From Octopus sinensis (taxonomy: Eukaryota), in NCBI RefSeq assembly GCF_006345805.1, contig NC_043007.1, positions 76,632,001 to 76,696,000 on the forward strand: DNA of 64,000 bases. The letters run 5' to 3'. A model generated the notes under the pieces. The model saw only the letters and a program-made list of their open reading frames with translations. It did no database searches and was not told the DNA's origin. The position numbers and the translations under genes were made by a program. Positions 25,872-40,084 of this stretch are shown here, piece by piece (position 1 is the stretch's first letter; each line of letters opens with the position of its first letter).

Positions 25872-27462
25872 GTATTGAACTAACATCTATCATATTTCCA
25901 GCTAAGAATTCAGAAATACATTGCCAGTTTAACACTATTTTGTAGTATTTTCTTTTGAGATTGAAACTTACCTTTTATTGTAAAAACCTAGTTGACAGGA
26001 ACAGTATGAATGACTAGAGTAGACATGTTAAAATTAGATCTCACATTAAGCATTTCTTTATTGACATAATACATTCTTTCTTACATCTTAGAAATGATCT
26101 ATATTTTATATCTGATGAAAAGTAAACGCTATAATGATAATAGCAATGGAGTAACAATTAGATGAATACTTAGAGGAAAAAGAAGAATCTTGATTAATAT
26201 TTTTATTTTTTATATATCTACTTATGTTGAACAACTAAAGAAACTGAAGATGAATGGGTTGAAGAGATTCTGCTACATTTTCTCCTAACTCTGACAGAAG
26301 AGTGAATTTCTCTGCAATAGCTTTTGTTTATTGAAATCTGAAATCACCATTAGGGAGAAACTAATGGATGTATCAGTAAATGTTATAGAAATAAGATCAC
26401 TTACTGAAATATTGCTTTTATCTTCTAGGCATTTTATTCAAAGTAGTATTTAAAAGCTTGTTAATATGCACTGAGAATTCTTAGTTCTGCATATAGTAAT
26501 TTTTATACATTTTTAAACACATAGTTATGCATCCATTTGTATATGTGTGTACATATTATGTGTGTTTTCTAAAGAAATATCTAAAACATTTAAGCTTAGA
26601 TGCTGATTGAATTAATTTATAAATTGTGCACTCAGTTAAATGATTTAGCAGTGATTGTCTCATATTTTTTCAGATTCTGCTTTCTTTATTTAAGATGGCA
26701 GTGTGATATTAAGGCAATTTAACGGCTGTTTCTAGCAAGTCAAACGACCATGTTGGGAATACCTTTTTTGGTTCAGTATAGGAAAATGTAGATTTCTTAC
26801 TGAACTACAAAATGAATTGCCGGGGTATAGTAATAAAGATTCTGATGATATGGTTCATACAATCAACAATAATACTCTGCTTTAGAAAATATTTCATTGG
26901 TGTAAGATTTATGTTATCTAACTGTTCTTTCCCAGTGTTCAGTGTAATAAAATTGGGTGGTTTTATCTTTTCAAGTGGTTAAATATTTTTCTTTTGGTTT
27001 TGAATGTATTATATATTGATTTGCTGTGTTTGATGACAATGTGAATTGAATATTTAGTCTCGATATTGGCGCCAAGATCTCAGATTTATTGTTGAAAAGA
27101 AATAAGATTGAATGGTAAATTCAGAGGATATTAACTGCATAGGTGTGATAGTTATAACTGGTGCACAAGCACTGTCTGCTTAACACTTCTACTCAATTGT
27201 ATTTGAGGTAATGTAAATGGAATTTCTTTTAGCCAAATTTAGTTTCAGTCCTTTCCATCTTTTGCTGGGATAAATCAGTATATCAATATATTTTAGAAAA
27301 ATGACAAATAAAAAGAAGAAAATTTAGATTCTATTTCATCAATGGAATCATTTTAATGAATTAATTCTTAATTAAAGAAAATTTTTTTTCTGATTTGTAA
27401 AATAGAATTATAGAAATATATACTTGTCATTCATACCCATTGCTAATTTTATTAGTTTCTAG

Positions 27463-27531
27463 ATAATGAAACCTATAATCTCAGTTTAATCAATTGCAGA
27501 ACTGGCTTTACTACTGTACCAATGCCTCTAG
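27463..27531 (+). CDS. Candidate phase-1/1 exon (NETYNLSLINCRTGFTTVPMPL)
   Basis: Branch-like tgctaat, acceptor ttttattagtttctag, strong donor TAG|gtaaga; 69 nt; only one phase is open. Confidence 0.55.
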
Positions 27532-28105
27532 GTAAGACTGTGAGCTATATGTTCTCATTCTACTTTCTAAAGCATGTAGTTTTGTGCCTAATTAAAAAAA
27601 AAAATTATTAGAACACCTAGTGCCTAATAAATTTCAACCAACTCATTTCATATCATCTGTTGGAAAATCTTAGCATTTAATCTGTTATTTGTATTTCAAA
27701 TTTGTTTATGCAAAGCAACTGATATTGAAAGTTATTTTATTTAGATTAAGAATACAAAAAAATTAAAGAATACCAAAAGACAGCCCTCTAAGGATGTGTT
27801 ATTTCTGCTTAACGATGAATTCTGCACTCTGGTACCTTCAGATCAGTTAAATGTGTCTTGGGATTTCATATTAAATTGCTGACATTTCTAAATCATGACA
27901 CTGAAATAAAGAAAAGAATTGTATATCTTATATAAATCAGTTATGTCCTGCAATGTAGTTAAAACTTTAGAAAGCCCACATAGAATGTGTTCTTAGATAT
28001 GTGAAAGTCAAACTTCAATTTAGTATGTAAATCGTATCACATTGCTTCATGTTCTATAATATTTGGTTGTTTCAAGTTCTATTTTAATCTGTTTTTATTT
28101 TCCAG

Positions 28106-28156
28106 TTTAAACAGAGCTGTCTTTATCTCTTACATGCTATAATTTCTTTATCTCCT
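28106..28156 (+). CDS. Candidate phase-0/0 exon (FKQSCLYLLHAIISLSP)
   Basis: Strong acceptor ttttaatctgtttttattttccag, donor CCT|gtgagc; phase does not fit 27463-27531. Confidence 0.3.
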
Positions 28157-29399
28157 GTGAGCAATAATCTAATATTTCATGAGTTGTGAAACCTTTCCTC
28201 TTTTTTTTTTTTACTGTGGTTAGTTCTATTATTGGTTGATTATGTTGTAACCAGCATATTCATTTTCTTCAAAAATGATGACAGTTTTATTAATTTCAGA
28301 AAATGGTGCATCCATTCAAAATGATGAGAGAAACTATTGTTAAATTTCGTACCTAAAAGAAAAATTTCTACATAATAATAGCCAATATAAATACTGGTTG
28401 ATTGGTTGGTTGACTCTCCAGTCATGCTTCACATAATATAGTGAGAGAGAATGAGAGTAAAAGAGAGTTAACATAGGAGGTGTAGGATGAGTATATGTAC
28501 TAGGCTTAATGGCTGCCAATAAATAAAGGAATGCTATACACACAGTGAGAAAGAAAGAATCATAGATATAGAAGGAAGAGAAGAGGGAGTAAATTACAGA
28601 GTTGTTACGGGTGGAGTTATTCGAATGAAAAATTTGTTTTATTTAAATATAATGGAATAAATGTTTTTCCTTTTGAAAATTAGCATTCATTTAATCATTT
28701 TGTTTGAGCACCAAGAAATTTGATAAAAGTTAAATTATAACTATTGTACATATGCTTATTTCCTGATATTATTCATGGTGGTAAAAAAAAATAATCACAA
28801 AGTTACGCTTTTGAACTATGAAATTTGAGAAAATATATTTCTTGCAAGATTTACTAAAAATTTTTGTTTTCATTTTGATCAAAATACCTGTTACTCCAGT
28901 CAAAACCATATGATAGCTCTCTGTGATTCTTTCACTTTTCCACACATACATTTAATGTCTGCAATTAATACTCACTTTCTCTTCATTCATTACTTTAGTC
29001 TCATTCTACCAATGTGAATAAGAACATCATAAATTTATTATTAAATTATTATTTTGTGCAAACTCGTTAATTTTGTGAATTTCTCAATAGTATATATTTG
29101 TTCAAATATACGGATTTTTGCTTTGGGGATAATAATGTTATTAGAATTGGTTTTGTATATAGTTAAAGATATTAAATTGTAATTATTAAATATAGAAGTT
29201 TACTCATATGAACTTTTAATTAAATTATAACATTGTATTTATATTCACTTTCTTTGCATATTTTTTATGTTTTGTAATTTTTTATATTTTGTCTGCGTTA
29301 AAACGATAATTTTTCATTATTATAAATGTAGAAAATAGTCTGATACAATTTTTAAAATTTGGAATTTTGCAAGATGTAAAACAAGGCTATTTAATAATA

Positions 29400-29953
29400 C
29401 AATAGAATCTCACAATACGAGTGCATCATAGTGCAAGCAATTTGCTGTATGAGCCGAGGCTCGTGCAAATTTTTGTCTTGAAGTACGAGTGGAAGTCTGC
29501 TGTACAAGCAAGTTTCATACAAGTAACCGCTAGTTGGCACTGAGCTCACAAATACTCTTCCAACAAGCACAGCCTCCGCTCACTCAGTTCATGTGTTTAT
29601 CTCGTTGTGGCAGCATCCCTATTGTGTTTTTCCCAGTGTTTTTGTTTTCTTTAGTTTTGTGCTCTTTTGCTGTTATTTCATAATAATTAGTTGTGTTAGC
29701 CATGGGTCCTATGAAGGTTAGTGCAAAGGACAGTACTGAGAAGAAAAAGCTGATTACGATTGAATTGAAGAAAGAAATCATTGATAAACATGAGAGAGGG
29801 GTGTGTGTAGTGGACATAGCACATCAATATGGCCGAAGCATTGATGATCTGCACTATCCTGAAGAAAATGGATGAGATGAAGTAAAAAACAAGTAAATCG
29901 TAAAACAAGCTCGATCATGGAATGAATTAAACTCGTACTGTGAGGTATCACTG
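29400..29953 (+). mobile_element. pogo/Tigger-like non-autonomous element with TIRs
   Basis: TA|caatagaatctcacaatacgagt ... actcgtactgtgaggtatcactg|TA; internal MGPMKVSAKDSTEKKKLITIELKKEIIDKHERGV (CENP-B-type HTH N-terminus). Confidence 0.8.
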
Positions 29954-30894
29954 TAATTTGTGTGTATGGTGTTTTTGTATTTGGTTTGCAAGATTCTTGA
30001 TATGAACTCAGTTAGAGATAAGAAGTAGATCTGAAGTAGTGAGGGCATGTCATTGACCAGGCTGTGAATACTGATGAAAGGACTTTGACAAACCTAACTG
30101 ATTGATTGATTAGACTAATGATTAATGAAGCAATTGATTAGGTAATTGGTTCATCAATTGACAAATAAATTATAAAATTGTGAAATAGAACAAGTGTATT
30201 ATATGTGTGTTTACTGTTGGCATAATGACCCTCCTGAGATACTGCAAATTTTGTGTGTATGTTAAAAAGAAAGCAATGAAATGTCATTTGCTAAAATAGA
30301 TTTCTATTTCTGTCATAAAAAAGACTGTTCCACGGTATGCATAGTTTCACTGTGAGCACAACTCAGTTGTGAGTCAGTGGATTCTCAACTGATAATTAAA
30401 TGAGATTAAAGACTATGTTGTAATAGTAGCAAGAAGTTGCAGTCAATGTTATACAAGTTGGCTTATGTTTAATTGCTAGCATACTTGAGGAGTGAGCCCA
30501 GAAATTTTAATTAATTAAAATTATACCCTTAGTGATGAGAACAATCATCCTCTAAATGACTAATTCTGTGGTGGAGGGATGGCAAGGAAGATAACTCTAA
30601 AAATTTAATGGAAATAAAATTTTAATCTTTCTTGCTCACTCCATTTAATAGGCTAATATCATTTAATATCTGATGTTTCAAGGTATTCTTCAACACCTAG
30701 TCCTTGTTTTGATATATGATTGTACAGTTAGATAATCAGCTTTGTTAAACTTGGTTGTAGTGACACTTGATATTCTTTTAACTGCCATTCACTGAATAAT
30801 TACTCTTTTCTCCATCTGTGATGTGAGAAATTTACTACAAAAACATCGGGAATAAAAGTAATGGGTAACATTGTGCAAAGCTTTAATGTCTGAG

Positions 30895-31100
30895 AAGATT
30901 TGTCTTGCAAGTTACGTAATGACCTCACTGGTGCCAGTGCCACATAAAAATCCCCCAGTACACTGTGGAAAGTGGTTGGCATTAGAAGGGTATCCAGCAT
31001 AAACCTTACCAAAGTGGAAATTGAAGCTTTGTACAGTCCTTTAACTTATTAGATTTTGTTGAATTGTTCAATTCATGCCATGGAAAGGGAATGTTAAATG
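30895..31100 (+). mobile_element. RTE 3'-region copy, decayed
   Basis: ggtgccagtgccacataaaaa..gtggttggcattagaagggtatccagc..catgccatggaaagggaatgttaaatgat. Confidence 0.6.
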
Positions 31101-31267
31101 ATAAAATATGCCACTAGTTTTTGGGCATAGCAGTATGAGTTGCATTATACTTGAGATTGCATTGAATTCAAGTAAATATGATATTGACTTGCTTAGTGCT
31201 TATTTATATATTGCCAAAGCAAGTACTTAACATTGAATACTTTCAGAAATAAAATTGCTATTTTCAG

Positions 31268-31303
31268 GTTTGTTTAAAAGCTTTTACACGTTCGAACTAT
31301 ATG
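31268..31303 (+). CDS. Candidate 36-nt exon (phase 1: LFKSFYTFELY; phase 0: VCLKAFTRSNYM)
   Basis: Acceptor ttgctattttcag, donor ATG|gtaata; retains two CpGs in CpG-poor surroundings. Confidence 0.4.
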
Positions 31304-33699
31304 GTAATATTTTTAAATTAATGAAATTTTAAAGTTTCTTCACAAAGATAAAGCTTAGAAAAATACTTGTGGAAATATTCTGTAGTAATTTGTAAAAATG
31401 AGATGTTAAAACTGAAAGACTTGCTATCTAATGAAGATAATTTTCAGTGAATATTTGTTAAAATGAATTGATTAGTTTGTAACACTCACATGGATGCTGC
31501 TAAATTAATTTAACCATATCAGAGCCAATACGGAAGAGAATTTTTGTGTTGTGTACTGATTAACTTCCAGAAGAAAGATCTGTTCTAAATAGATTACAAT
31601 CACTATTCAACATAGTCATGTAATAGCCAGCAAGCAATGTAGAAGTGGTTTATTTCGTAGTAATTTTTTTCCCATGTAAGTTTGGATAGGATGGGTGTTG
31701 TTGGAATAGTTTGTTTTACAAATGGATAGCCATTCATACATAACCACTTAAAATTTTAGTAATAATGACACCTTCTGTTTACTGTATTATCAGAAGCCAG
31801 CAGGGTTATATATATATATATATATATACTTTACTAGGGATATAAGACAATGATTGATTTCATAATCATATGGCCTAGTATGTCCATCATTCTTTCTTTT
31901 AGTAATCAGTTTTTGAAACTAGGTTTATTTCTTTCATTTATTAAGTACTGTATCAATGTTATTGTATCAGAGATTCATGCAATTGTGTCTTCTGTGTTGC
32001 TAAATCAGGAAAGTAACATATGTTAAAGCTATAATTTTATGTTTTTATGGTGATTTATGCATATAAAGATACAAGGAACCAAATCAGTACTCAGAAAATT
32101 ACATTATATAAAAACAACTATATTTCGAACATATCAAACTCAGCTTATGATTATGATCAATGGTTTATTATTATTGTATTGTGTTGTCATTTGCAGTTGA
32201 CATCACTGTGATAGTGTTGGACACTAAAGAAATTGAGTTGGTTGGCTGAAGAAAAATGTAACAGTAAAAGGGGCATGTATTAACTAGATCAAATTAGTAG
32301 CTTGCAGCTTGGCACTTGCAGTTCATGCTGGCAGGTATTAAGTGTTGCTGGGCTGACAATCCTCTGTCAAGATGCTTTGGCACTGATTCATGTTAGATTT
32401 CAGGAACTGGGATGAGATTATGAGCCGAATATTGAGTTACGCTCCTGAAAGATTGAGCAGAGGTGGAACAGGCATACGTCACCTCCATTATTTATTTCTG
32501 CCTGACTGTTGTGCTTTACCCCTGTTATTACCTGACCAGGTTGGAATATTGGTTGTTTTGTTTTTTGTAGAGGGAACATGTTCAACTGGTTAGAAGGTCC
32601 ATGTGGTACCAGCACTCTCTGCACAGGGAGTGTTGGTTACTCATGGCTAATGGTGAACATTCACATGCTGAAGCTGCAACATCTGGAGAGTTTCCTGGAC
32701 AGTGAGAAGGTGTATTCATTGTTTGACGCAGCCTGTCTCTTTAAAGTTGCAGTATGGGTAAATTGATAACTAATATTAGGTGTCTGGCAGTGTGCTTCTT
32801 TCCAGTAAATTTGCCAAAATATTAGGTGATAGGAGTGAGTATGACCCAAGTAAATGAGCCTATGTTCCCATTTACTTCAGGCTATCTTGCCATGCACCAG
32901 TTGGTTGGAGAATACCGAAGAGGGGACTTGTCCATGGCAGAAGCTGTGATTGTCTCTAGATGACTTTCTCCTGTTGTATACAAAGTTCCTTTTGTGTGCT
33001 GTTGTTTTTCATCATAATAAATTCTACATAAACACTTCCATTTTTATAATATCCCTTTCATCCATTACCTTTATGGTGAATAAGCATTAAAACTTGAAAG
33101 AGGTCATAGCATAAAAGGCTTAAAAGACATGAAAAAGAACACAGCTAAGTTCAGGTTACAAGTTAGTAGGAAGGACCTTAGTTAGTAGGAACGACAATGG
33201 ACACTGTAGATCTCAGACATATTTCCTTTTGTATCAATAATACTCAGCCAATGCTAGAGTCATATTACCAAGAAAGGCAACTCCACTGACTCAGCTATTG
33301 GAAAATATTCTCCAATGGGGTTATGTCACTATTTTCTCTCTCAAAAGAGCAATAACATATGCCTGCACATTAAATAAATATTATCATGCCCACAGAATCC
33401 TCAAGGTTGCTACAAATGCTAGTCCACGCCATCACTGAAAATCTCTTTTGTCAAACTCTCCTCTTCAGCATAGCAAAGACTGCACTACAGAGAAAACTGT
33501 CTTCTATTTCAAGACTAGACAGTATTTCTTCCTCCAACAATTATTAAACCCTTTACAGAGCTCAAATGAGACCCACAATGCAGTACTGCTTCTGCATCTG
33601 GGATAGTGTTGCTGTTACACATAAAGACCTGGTGGATTCCTTTTCCTCTGCCCAAACCACTTGACTGATTGGCATAAAATTGTTTGCTAAAATATTCCA

Positions 33700-34070
33700 A
33701 CCTCTGGCCCATTATCCTTCCCCCTCTCCACTTCTACTACTACTGCCGCCACCACCACCACCACCACCACCTCATTTCTGTTCCATAGAACTGACTAGTC
33801 TTATACCATTTTCATTCAGCTCACAATTCACTTATCTCTCCTCCCCATCCTCCTCCTTCTTGCTAACCATTATGTCCAGTCCTTCCTCTGGAATTCCATC
33901 CCTGCCTATGTACTTACTTTCATTGTCAACTACCTCAATTTCACTTATCTTTGAGGGGCTGTGAAGGTCGTGGACACAACTCTCTGCCAAACCGGTTGGA
34001 GAACCAACCTCATAAAAAACAAAACAGCAGAACCCCCTCCCCATCACATTCTCTACAAATGTCATTTCTT
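33700..34070 (-). mobile_element. Possible RTE-type AP endonuclease remnant
   Basis: Minus translation IGRDGIPEEG....ELNENGIRLVS resembles the NENG.RL motif of RTE APE domains. Confidence 0.4.
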
Positions 34071-34787
34071 TCCAGTACTTTTGACTATTCCTTACATAAG
34101 ATATGTTAACATTAATCTGACTGTTCTTATCATAGTCATATCTGCATTGTAAAAGCTGAATTCTGTTTCAAGGCTACAAAATACTTCATTCATAAGAGTT
34201 GCTGATGTTATGCATAGTACATATAATATCCTGCTACTCATACATATGGGATGGTACAGATATAGACATAGCCTGTAACAACAGGCAGGCTTTCAATGAA
34301 GAGCTATATGAAAAGATGAGGTGATGTAAAAATAACATTAGTAGCTGACTAAAATGGTAAGTCTGGAAATATTGTAAAATAACCTGCTTTTATGGTTGGA
34401 GTAACTTTGTATTAATATATCTAATCTTGTGACCCTCCCCAATTATTTTTTTTTTCATAGATAAGAAACTTTTAAAAAATCCATTTGTAGATGTGATCAT
34501 AACAAAGGCATTTTTTGTGACACACAGTTGTTGTAACAAAAGGGAAAAATATCCATTTCAAAAAGGGAAGTTATTTGTGTTTTGTGTGTTTATAGTTCAC
34601 AAAATATGGTGTATTTCCTGCTTTAGAGAAGAAATATATAACCATAATTAACCCTTTTGATGTCGAGCACAGAGTTTATAATTTGTATATATTCACATGC
34701 TTATGTTTGTCTTCTAAAATCTATACATTTTTTATGTTTGTAGATTAATTTTAAGTTAGTACATTGTACTAATATACTTATAATGTG

Positions 34788-34990
34788 TGGGCGCATGGCT
34801 TAATGGTTAGGGGTTGGACTCATGATCACAGAATTGTGGTTTTTATTCCTGAACTGGGCGATGTGTTGCATTCCTGAGCAAAACACTTCATTTCTCATTG
34901 CTGCAGTCCACTCAGCTGGTGAGAATGAGTAACCCTGCGACGGACTGATGTCCTATCCAGGGAGGAATATATTTGTCAGAGGAACTGGGA
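34788..34990 (+). mobile_element. tRNA-derived SINE (family B-related)
   Basis: gggcgcatggcttaatggttagggg..ttcctgagcaaaacacttcatttc..agtccactcagctgg. Confidence 0.65.
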
Positions 34991-35879
34991 AAATGGTCCT
35001 ATGCTCCTTATGGAATAATGTAGACCAATCATATTGTACTAAACAAAGTAACCTGGTATTATAACTGCACATTGTAGTAGAGTTTGTTTAGTATTAAGGT
35101 TTGAATTTTCTGAAGTGAAGTGTATAAACAATCTGAAAAATCACACCAAACTTTTATAATATATGTGACAGTAAATAAATGCTTTTAATATTCCTTAGAG
35201 ATATGTGATTTTTTCTCTTAGTGATTTTTGAGTTCTTTAAAAAAAAATTCCTAAAAACTTTTCACCTTTTCTAGTCTTGTTCTCAATTGTTTTTAACTTC
35301 TTTTACTTTATTCAGTTATAGTATTTCATCCTCCTTTATTTTCCTAACCTCTCCTACTAACAGTGTTACTCTGTTGTCTTATTATACTTTTCTTAGAGAC
35401 AATCATGATCTAAACCAGTGAAGCCTGAATTTCAGAGCAGTTAGGGCAATGAAAGTATGTTTATATTTCAAATGTAAAAACAGTCTACTGCCTAAAACAT
35501 CAACTTTTATATAGCTAATCAAATTAATATGACTGCTATAAAAGCTTCTCAAATTCAGTTTCAAATAGCTAAATTTTATTTCACTTGACAGCAAAATGGA
35601 AATTTTGATGTCATCATTGTTATCATCATGTTTCCGAATTTCATGTGAATTTCTACTGCACTACTAAGGCACCTCCTCCACATCCTGGATTTGTGTGCAA
35701 CAATGCCTCTTGGATATTTTGAACTGGTCTTGATTGTGTTTCATGAAAGTTGTGTGGAATATGTTAAATGTGAGTTGCGCTATATTGTTGGGTTACAGTT
35801 GTATTTTTTTATGTGCTATTACTGGAGGTGTGTGAAGCAAGCTTATTAAACACACAGCTATGCCTGCACCTATATTTAT

Positions 35880-36060
35880 ACATACACAGGCATAGCTGTG
35901 TGGTAAGAAGTTTGCTTATCAACCTCATGGACCTAGGTTCAGTTTCACTGCATGCTACCTTGGGCAAGTGTCTTCTTCGATAGCCCCAGGCCAACCAAAG
36001 TCTTGTGAGTGGACTTGGTAGACTGAAACTGTAAGAAGCCCATCTGATGTGTGTGTGAGT
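35880..36060 (+). mobile_element. SINE family C 5' portion
   Basis: gctgtgtggtaagaagtttgc..ggttcagtttcactgcatgctaccttgggcaagtgtcttc..gtgagtggacttggtagactgaaactg. Confidence 0.7.
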
Positions 36061-38502
36061 GTGTGTATAAAGCGTGAGTCTTGACATTGTGATAGTTGTA
36101 AATGAATACCACTCTCATACAAGCAGTGTGATTCATTTCCAATTGTAAAAAAATCCATCTCAAAAATGTAACCCATACAAGCATAGAAAAGTGGACATTA
36201 AATGATTTTGATGATGATCATACACACACACACATACATCATTTTTAGAGGACACTGCTATTGGAGGTGTAAGTTGTATGGTCAGAAGTATCTTTGCTTG
36301 TGAATGAGACTGATGAGCTGTTTCTTTATGTAGGGCATAAACAACGTCATTGCTGCCCAAGTAATGTCAGCAGGAAAACACATAGACAAACACTCACCTA
36401 TATGCATTATTCCTCCTACCCAGCATACAAATTACAGGTTCTGTGCAGTGTCTGACTATCAAATTTGTCTCACACGACTAAGTTGTCATGAAGTAGGACT
36501 GAACCCCAAACCATATGGTTGCAAGTGAACTTCTTAACTACACAGCCATGTCTGTACTCATGCATACGCAAGTGTGTGTATGTGTGTGTGTAGATGTAGA
36601 TATGGCTATATGGCTTGCTTCCCAACACATGATTCCAGGTTCAACCCTGGCCCAAGCAAAGCCTTTTAAGTGGATTTGGTAGGCAGAAACTGCAAGAAGC
36701 CTGTCAAATACATGATACATACATACATATATACATACATATTTGTGTGTATTACTGTCTCTGCCTTGCTTTTACTTCACATGATAATTGTAAATGAGTG
36801 TCACTGTTATGCAAGTGGTGTCCTTTGTTTCCAATTTTCCATGGAAGCATGTCTGGTCATGGAGAAACATTACCTTACATGGAAACGTGAGGGTTAGCAA
36901 CAAAAAAATCTACCTTGACAAATTCTCTCTAACCCATGCAGACATGGAAAAGTAGATGTAAAAAAATTGGTGGTGGTGGCAGTGGCAGTAGTGTGTGAAT
37001 GTGCCTGTATGTATGTGTGCAGGTGTGTGTGTGTTGTTGAGGATCTTATAGAGGCAGGCTGAGAATGAGAAAATCTCCATGTTGCCACATAGTTTAGTTG
37101 CTAAGGGAATATGTCCTGAGTGGCATTATGGAAATTGGGGTTGGAGTGGAAGGGTGGAAATGTTGCTGAGAGAGAGGAAAGGGAGAGGGCACACACTCAT
37201 CAGCCGTTGATCTTGTAATCTATGAACTAAAAATATTTGTTAATGTCTCTGACTCATCTAAACTTTGAAGCTCAGTGCATATACATGCATGCAAATACAT
37301 GTATATAAATACATACATGCACACACACAAACATACACTCATCTAAACCGTGTACATACATACATACATATAATGCATATGCATTTACCTTGGTTGTTCA
37401 CATGTCTGAGGAAAACCATTATTGACTTTTAACAAATGTAGTTTCCAAAAAATAAAAATAAAACAAAAAAACATGCAACTCAGCAATACGGATGTAGAAT
37501 TTTATGTCCCATAAAGCTGGCATAGCACTTCAACTCATACACTCTTTCTATCCATTTGGTATAATAAAGTTGCCAGCCTGGACATGATATCTGGTGTCAA
37601 TAAAGGTCATATGTGCGGGAGTGGGAGTGTCTGGATCTTCAGCTTAAAATGGCCAAAACCATTCTCTGCACAATATGTTATACATGTGTGTGTTTGTGTG
37701 TGTAAATACACACACACATATGCATGCACATGCACACATTTATGGTATGTGTATATACATATATTCATTATTGATACAAGGTACATATATGCACACACAC
37801 ACACGCACATGTATCTAGTCATGCTCGACAAGACCTATTTGTTGAACCAGCCATAGCATGGCCCTTCAATCATAAATCAATATATTATGTTTGTGTGTAT
37901 GTGTGTGCGCATGTATGTATGTATTTATATACATGTATTTGCATTGAGCTTTAAATATTTTGTAAATCTGAATGTTACGTTGAAATTTTTTCTGTTCTCT
38001 GGATATTTTCCATTTGCTGTCTAATAGCCTTCTGAGCTCTCTGGAAGGGTTTTTAAGTTTAGTCTCCATTGTGTAATATTTCTTTTATATACTAGCTGTG
38101 GCCTCTACTTCAACATTTCATTGCTTTTTGCATATTTCCAGTTGACATCTAACTCTTGTTAGATTATAGTTGGTTTCTCATATTTCCATCATGCAAACAA
38201 ACATCTTGGTGCTTTTCTTGCCAGCTGTTGCATAGCATCCTCTTTCACATCCACTTTTTGGTATTAAATAAATATGACTAAGCGCGGAAAACGGACGTTA
38301 AACGATGATGATGATGTTTCATGGAAAGATGTTGTCCCTTAGTTGAAAGTGCCTCCATAGGCTATCATTGAATGATTTATATTGAGGAAGAGGTAATAAC
38401 TGTAAAATACTTTATCGCATATCTTGTACACAAACTGGGAAATTGAATGTAAAATATGTAATGTATGGTTGTATTATATATGACATCTGTTTTGTTTGTT
38501 AG

Positions 38503-38587
38503 GATGTTCTTCTAGTATTAGTCATAAAACTGAAGAGCAATGGCAACATATTTTCAGCATAGTTGGCAGAGAAACCTTCAGAATATG
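38503..38587 (+). CDS. Candidate phase-1/2 exon (CSSSISHKTEEQWQHIFSIVGRETFRI)
   Basis: Acceptor tgacatctgttttgtttgttag, donor ATG|gtatac; phase compatible with 27463-27531 and 31268-31303. Confidence 0.4.
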
Positions 38588-39163
38588 GTATACTTAATTA
38601 GTTTTTGACTTTGTGACCAACTTCACTGCTACATTTAAAACCCTTTCTGAGATTTTTACTCATGTTAAAGAAGTTCCAGAAAAATATATTTTAAAATTGC
38701 CTTTTGGTCTTTGAATGTATTTGAACCTCAACATAAAAGCATGTAGCTTTAATAATCTTATTTAGACTGATTCTACTGAAAAAACCCTCATAACCTGAAA
38801 AAATTGTCCCATATTAAACTATAGTAATTTCTTTTTAAACAATACTGACATCTTATATCTCTCCAAGTTGTATAATTTTGAGTAGTTGCTAATTCTCTAG
38901 TAGATAGAAATAAGTTCTTGTCGAAATACATGCGGCATAAATAGAAACTGTGATGCTGTATGTGCAAGAATGTAGATGTTGTTTACCTACAAATCAGCTC
39001 TGACTGAGCAAATCTACGATTAAAGAAATTGCAGCTATGTCTGTTGAATCTATCTCTTTGATATCATTACATATCAAATATATTCATTTTCTTTTAATAC
39101 ACTAGGGTATAATTTGAGAAAGCTTTGGCTGTTATTTCTGGCAGATAGTGTGACCATAAAAAG

Positions 39164-39396
39164 CAATGGTTCTCAACTGGGGTCCATATAAGATTTTGTT
39201 AAAATTTATGTTCAATAAATAGGTTAAACTTCTATAATACACAAAGCATTTCAATTTTTTTAAACAATTCTTAATATTATTTAAATATAAAAATTCAGTA
39301 AGATTGTTTTTATATACAGCAAATGGCTATGAAGGTCCAGTAGAGAAAAAGAGGAATCAAAGAGGCCCATAGGTAAAAAATGGTTGTGAACCAATG
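39164..39396. mobile_element. hAT-like MITE
   Basis: Inverted ends caatggttctcaac / ggttgtgaaccaatg (CAGTGGTTCTCAAC-type); the 8-bp flanks match only 5/8. Confidence 0.6.
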
Positions 39397-40039
39397 ATGT
39401 AGAGGTTGTCATTGGTTCAAAATACATGTGGCATTTTGATTTGCTTTAGGCACAGATGGGTTAAGACGGGGTAATAATGTATGGATGAAGGAGATATGAA
39501 TGACTATGTTGGTGTGTGAAAGAAATTATAATAAAATAACTAGTAGTGTTGGTACTTAATAAACTACAGTTAGATTAAGCAAAAATGTAGGTAGAAATAT
39601 TTAAGACATATATCTGTACATTTGACCTTATGGATAAAATGAGGCTGTATTGAGAAATATTGCATACTCAGTCTCTCACAGCATGGAAAGGCAGACATTG
39701 AAATAACGATAATATAAACTGTAAAACAAACAATTTTATATACAAATGAAATTACCCTCCTCCAAAAAACAAAAACAAATCTAATCTCTATTCATGCATT
39801 ATTGCTATATTCATATACACTCTATCATATATAGGTAAAAGCAAAATTGAGATGTTTCTAAGGTAACACTTTCATAATCAAAAATCTTTGAATAAAAAAA
39901 TAAATATATAGAAAAAAACTTTCATGGAATTTTATTTTTATTAATGTAATTTTGATGTTGCACTATTTCACACTTCTACACTTTGAAATTCAATAAAGAT
40001 AACTGCAATTCTTCGAAGTTTAAGGAAAAAGGCTTTAAC

Positions 40040-40084
<45 letters not shown>

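Noticed and set aside
32340-32960. GC-richer block with several short ORFs
   Set aside because: Stops in all frames and no motif I could assign; probably an ancient TE but unsupported.
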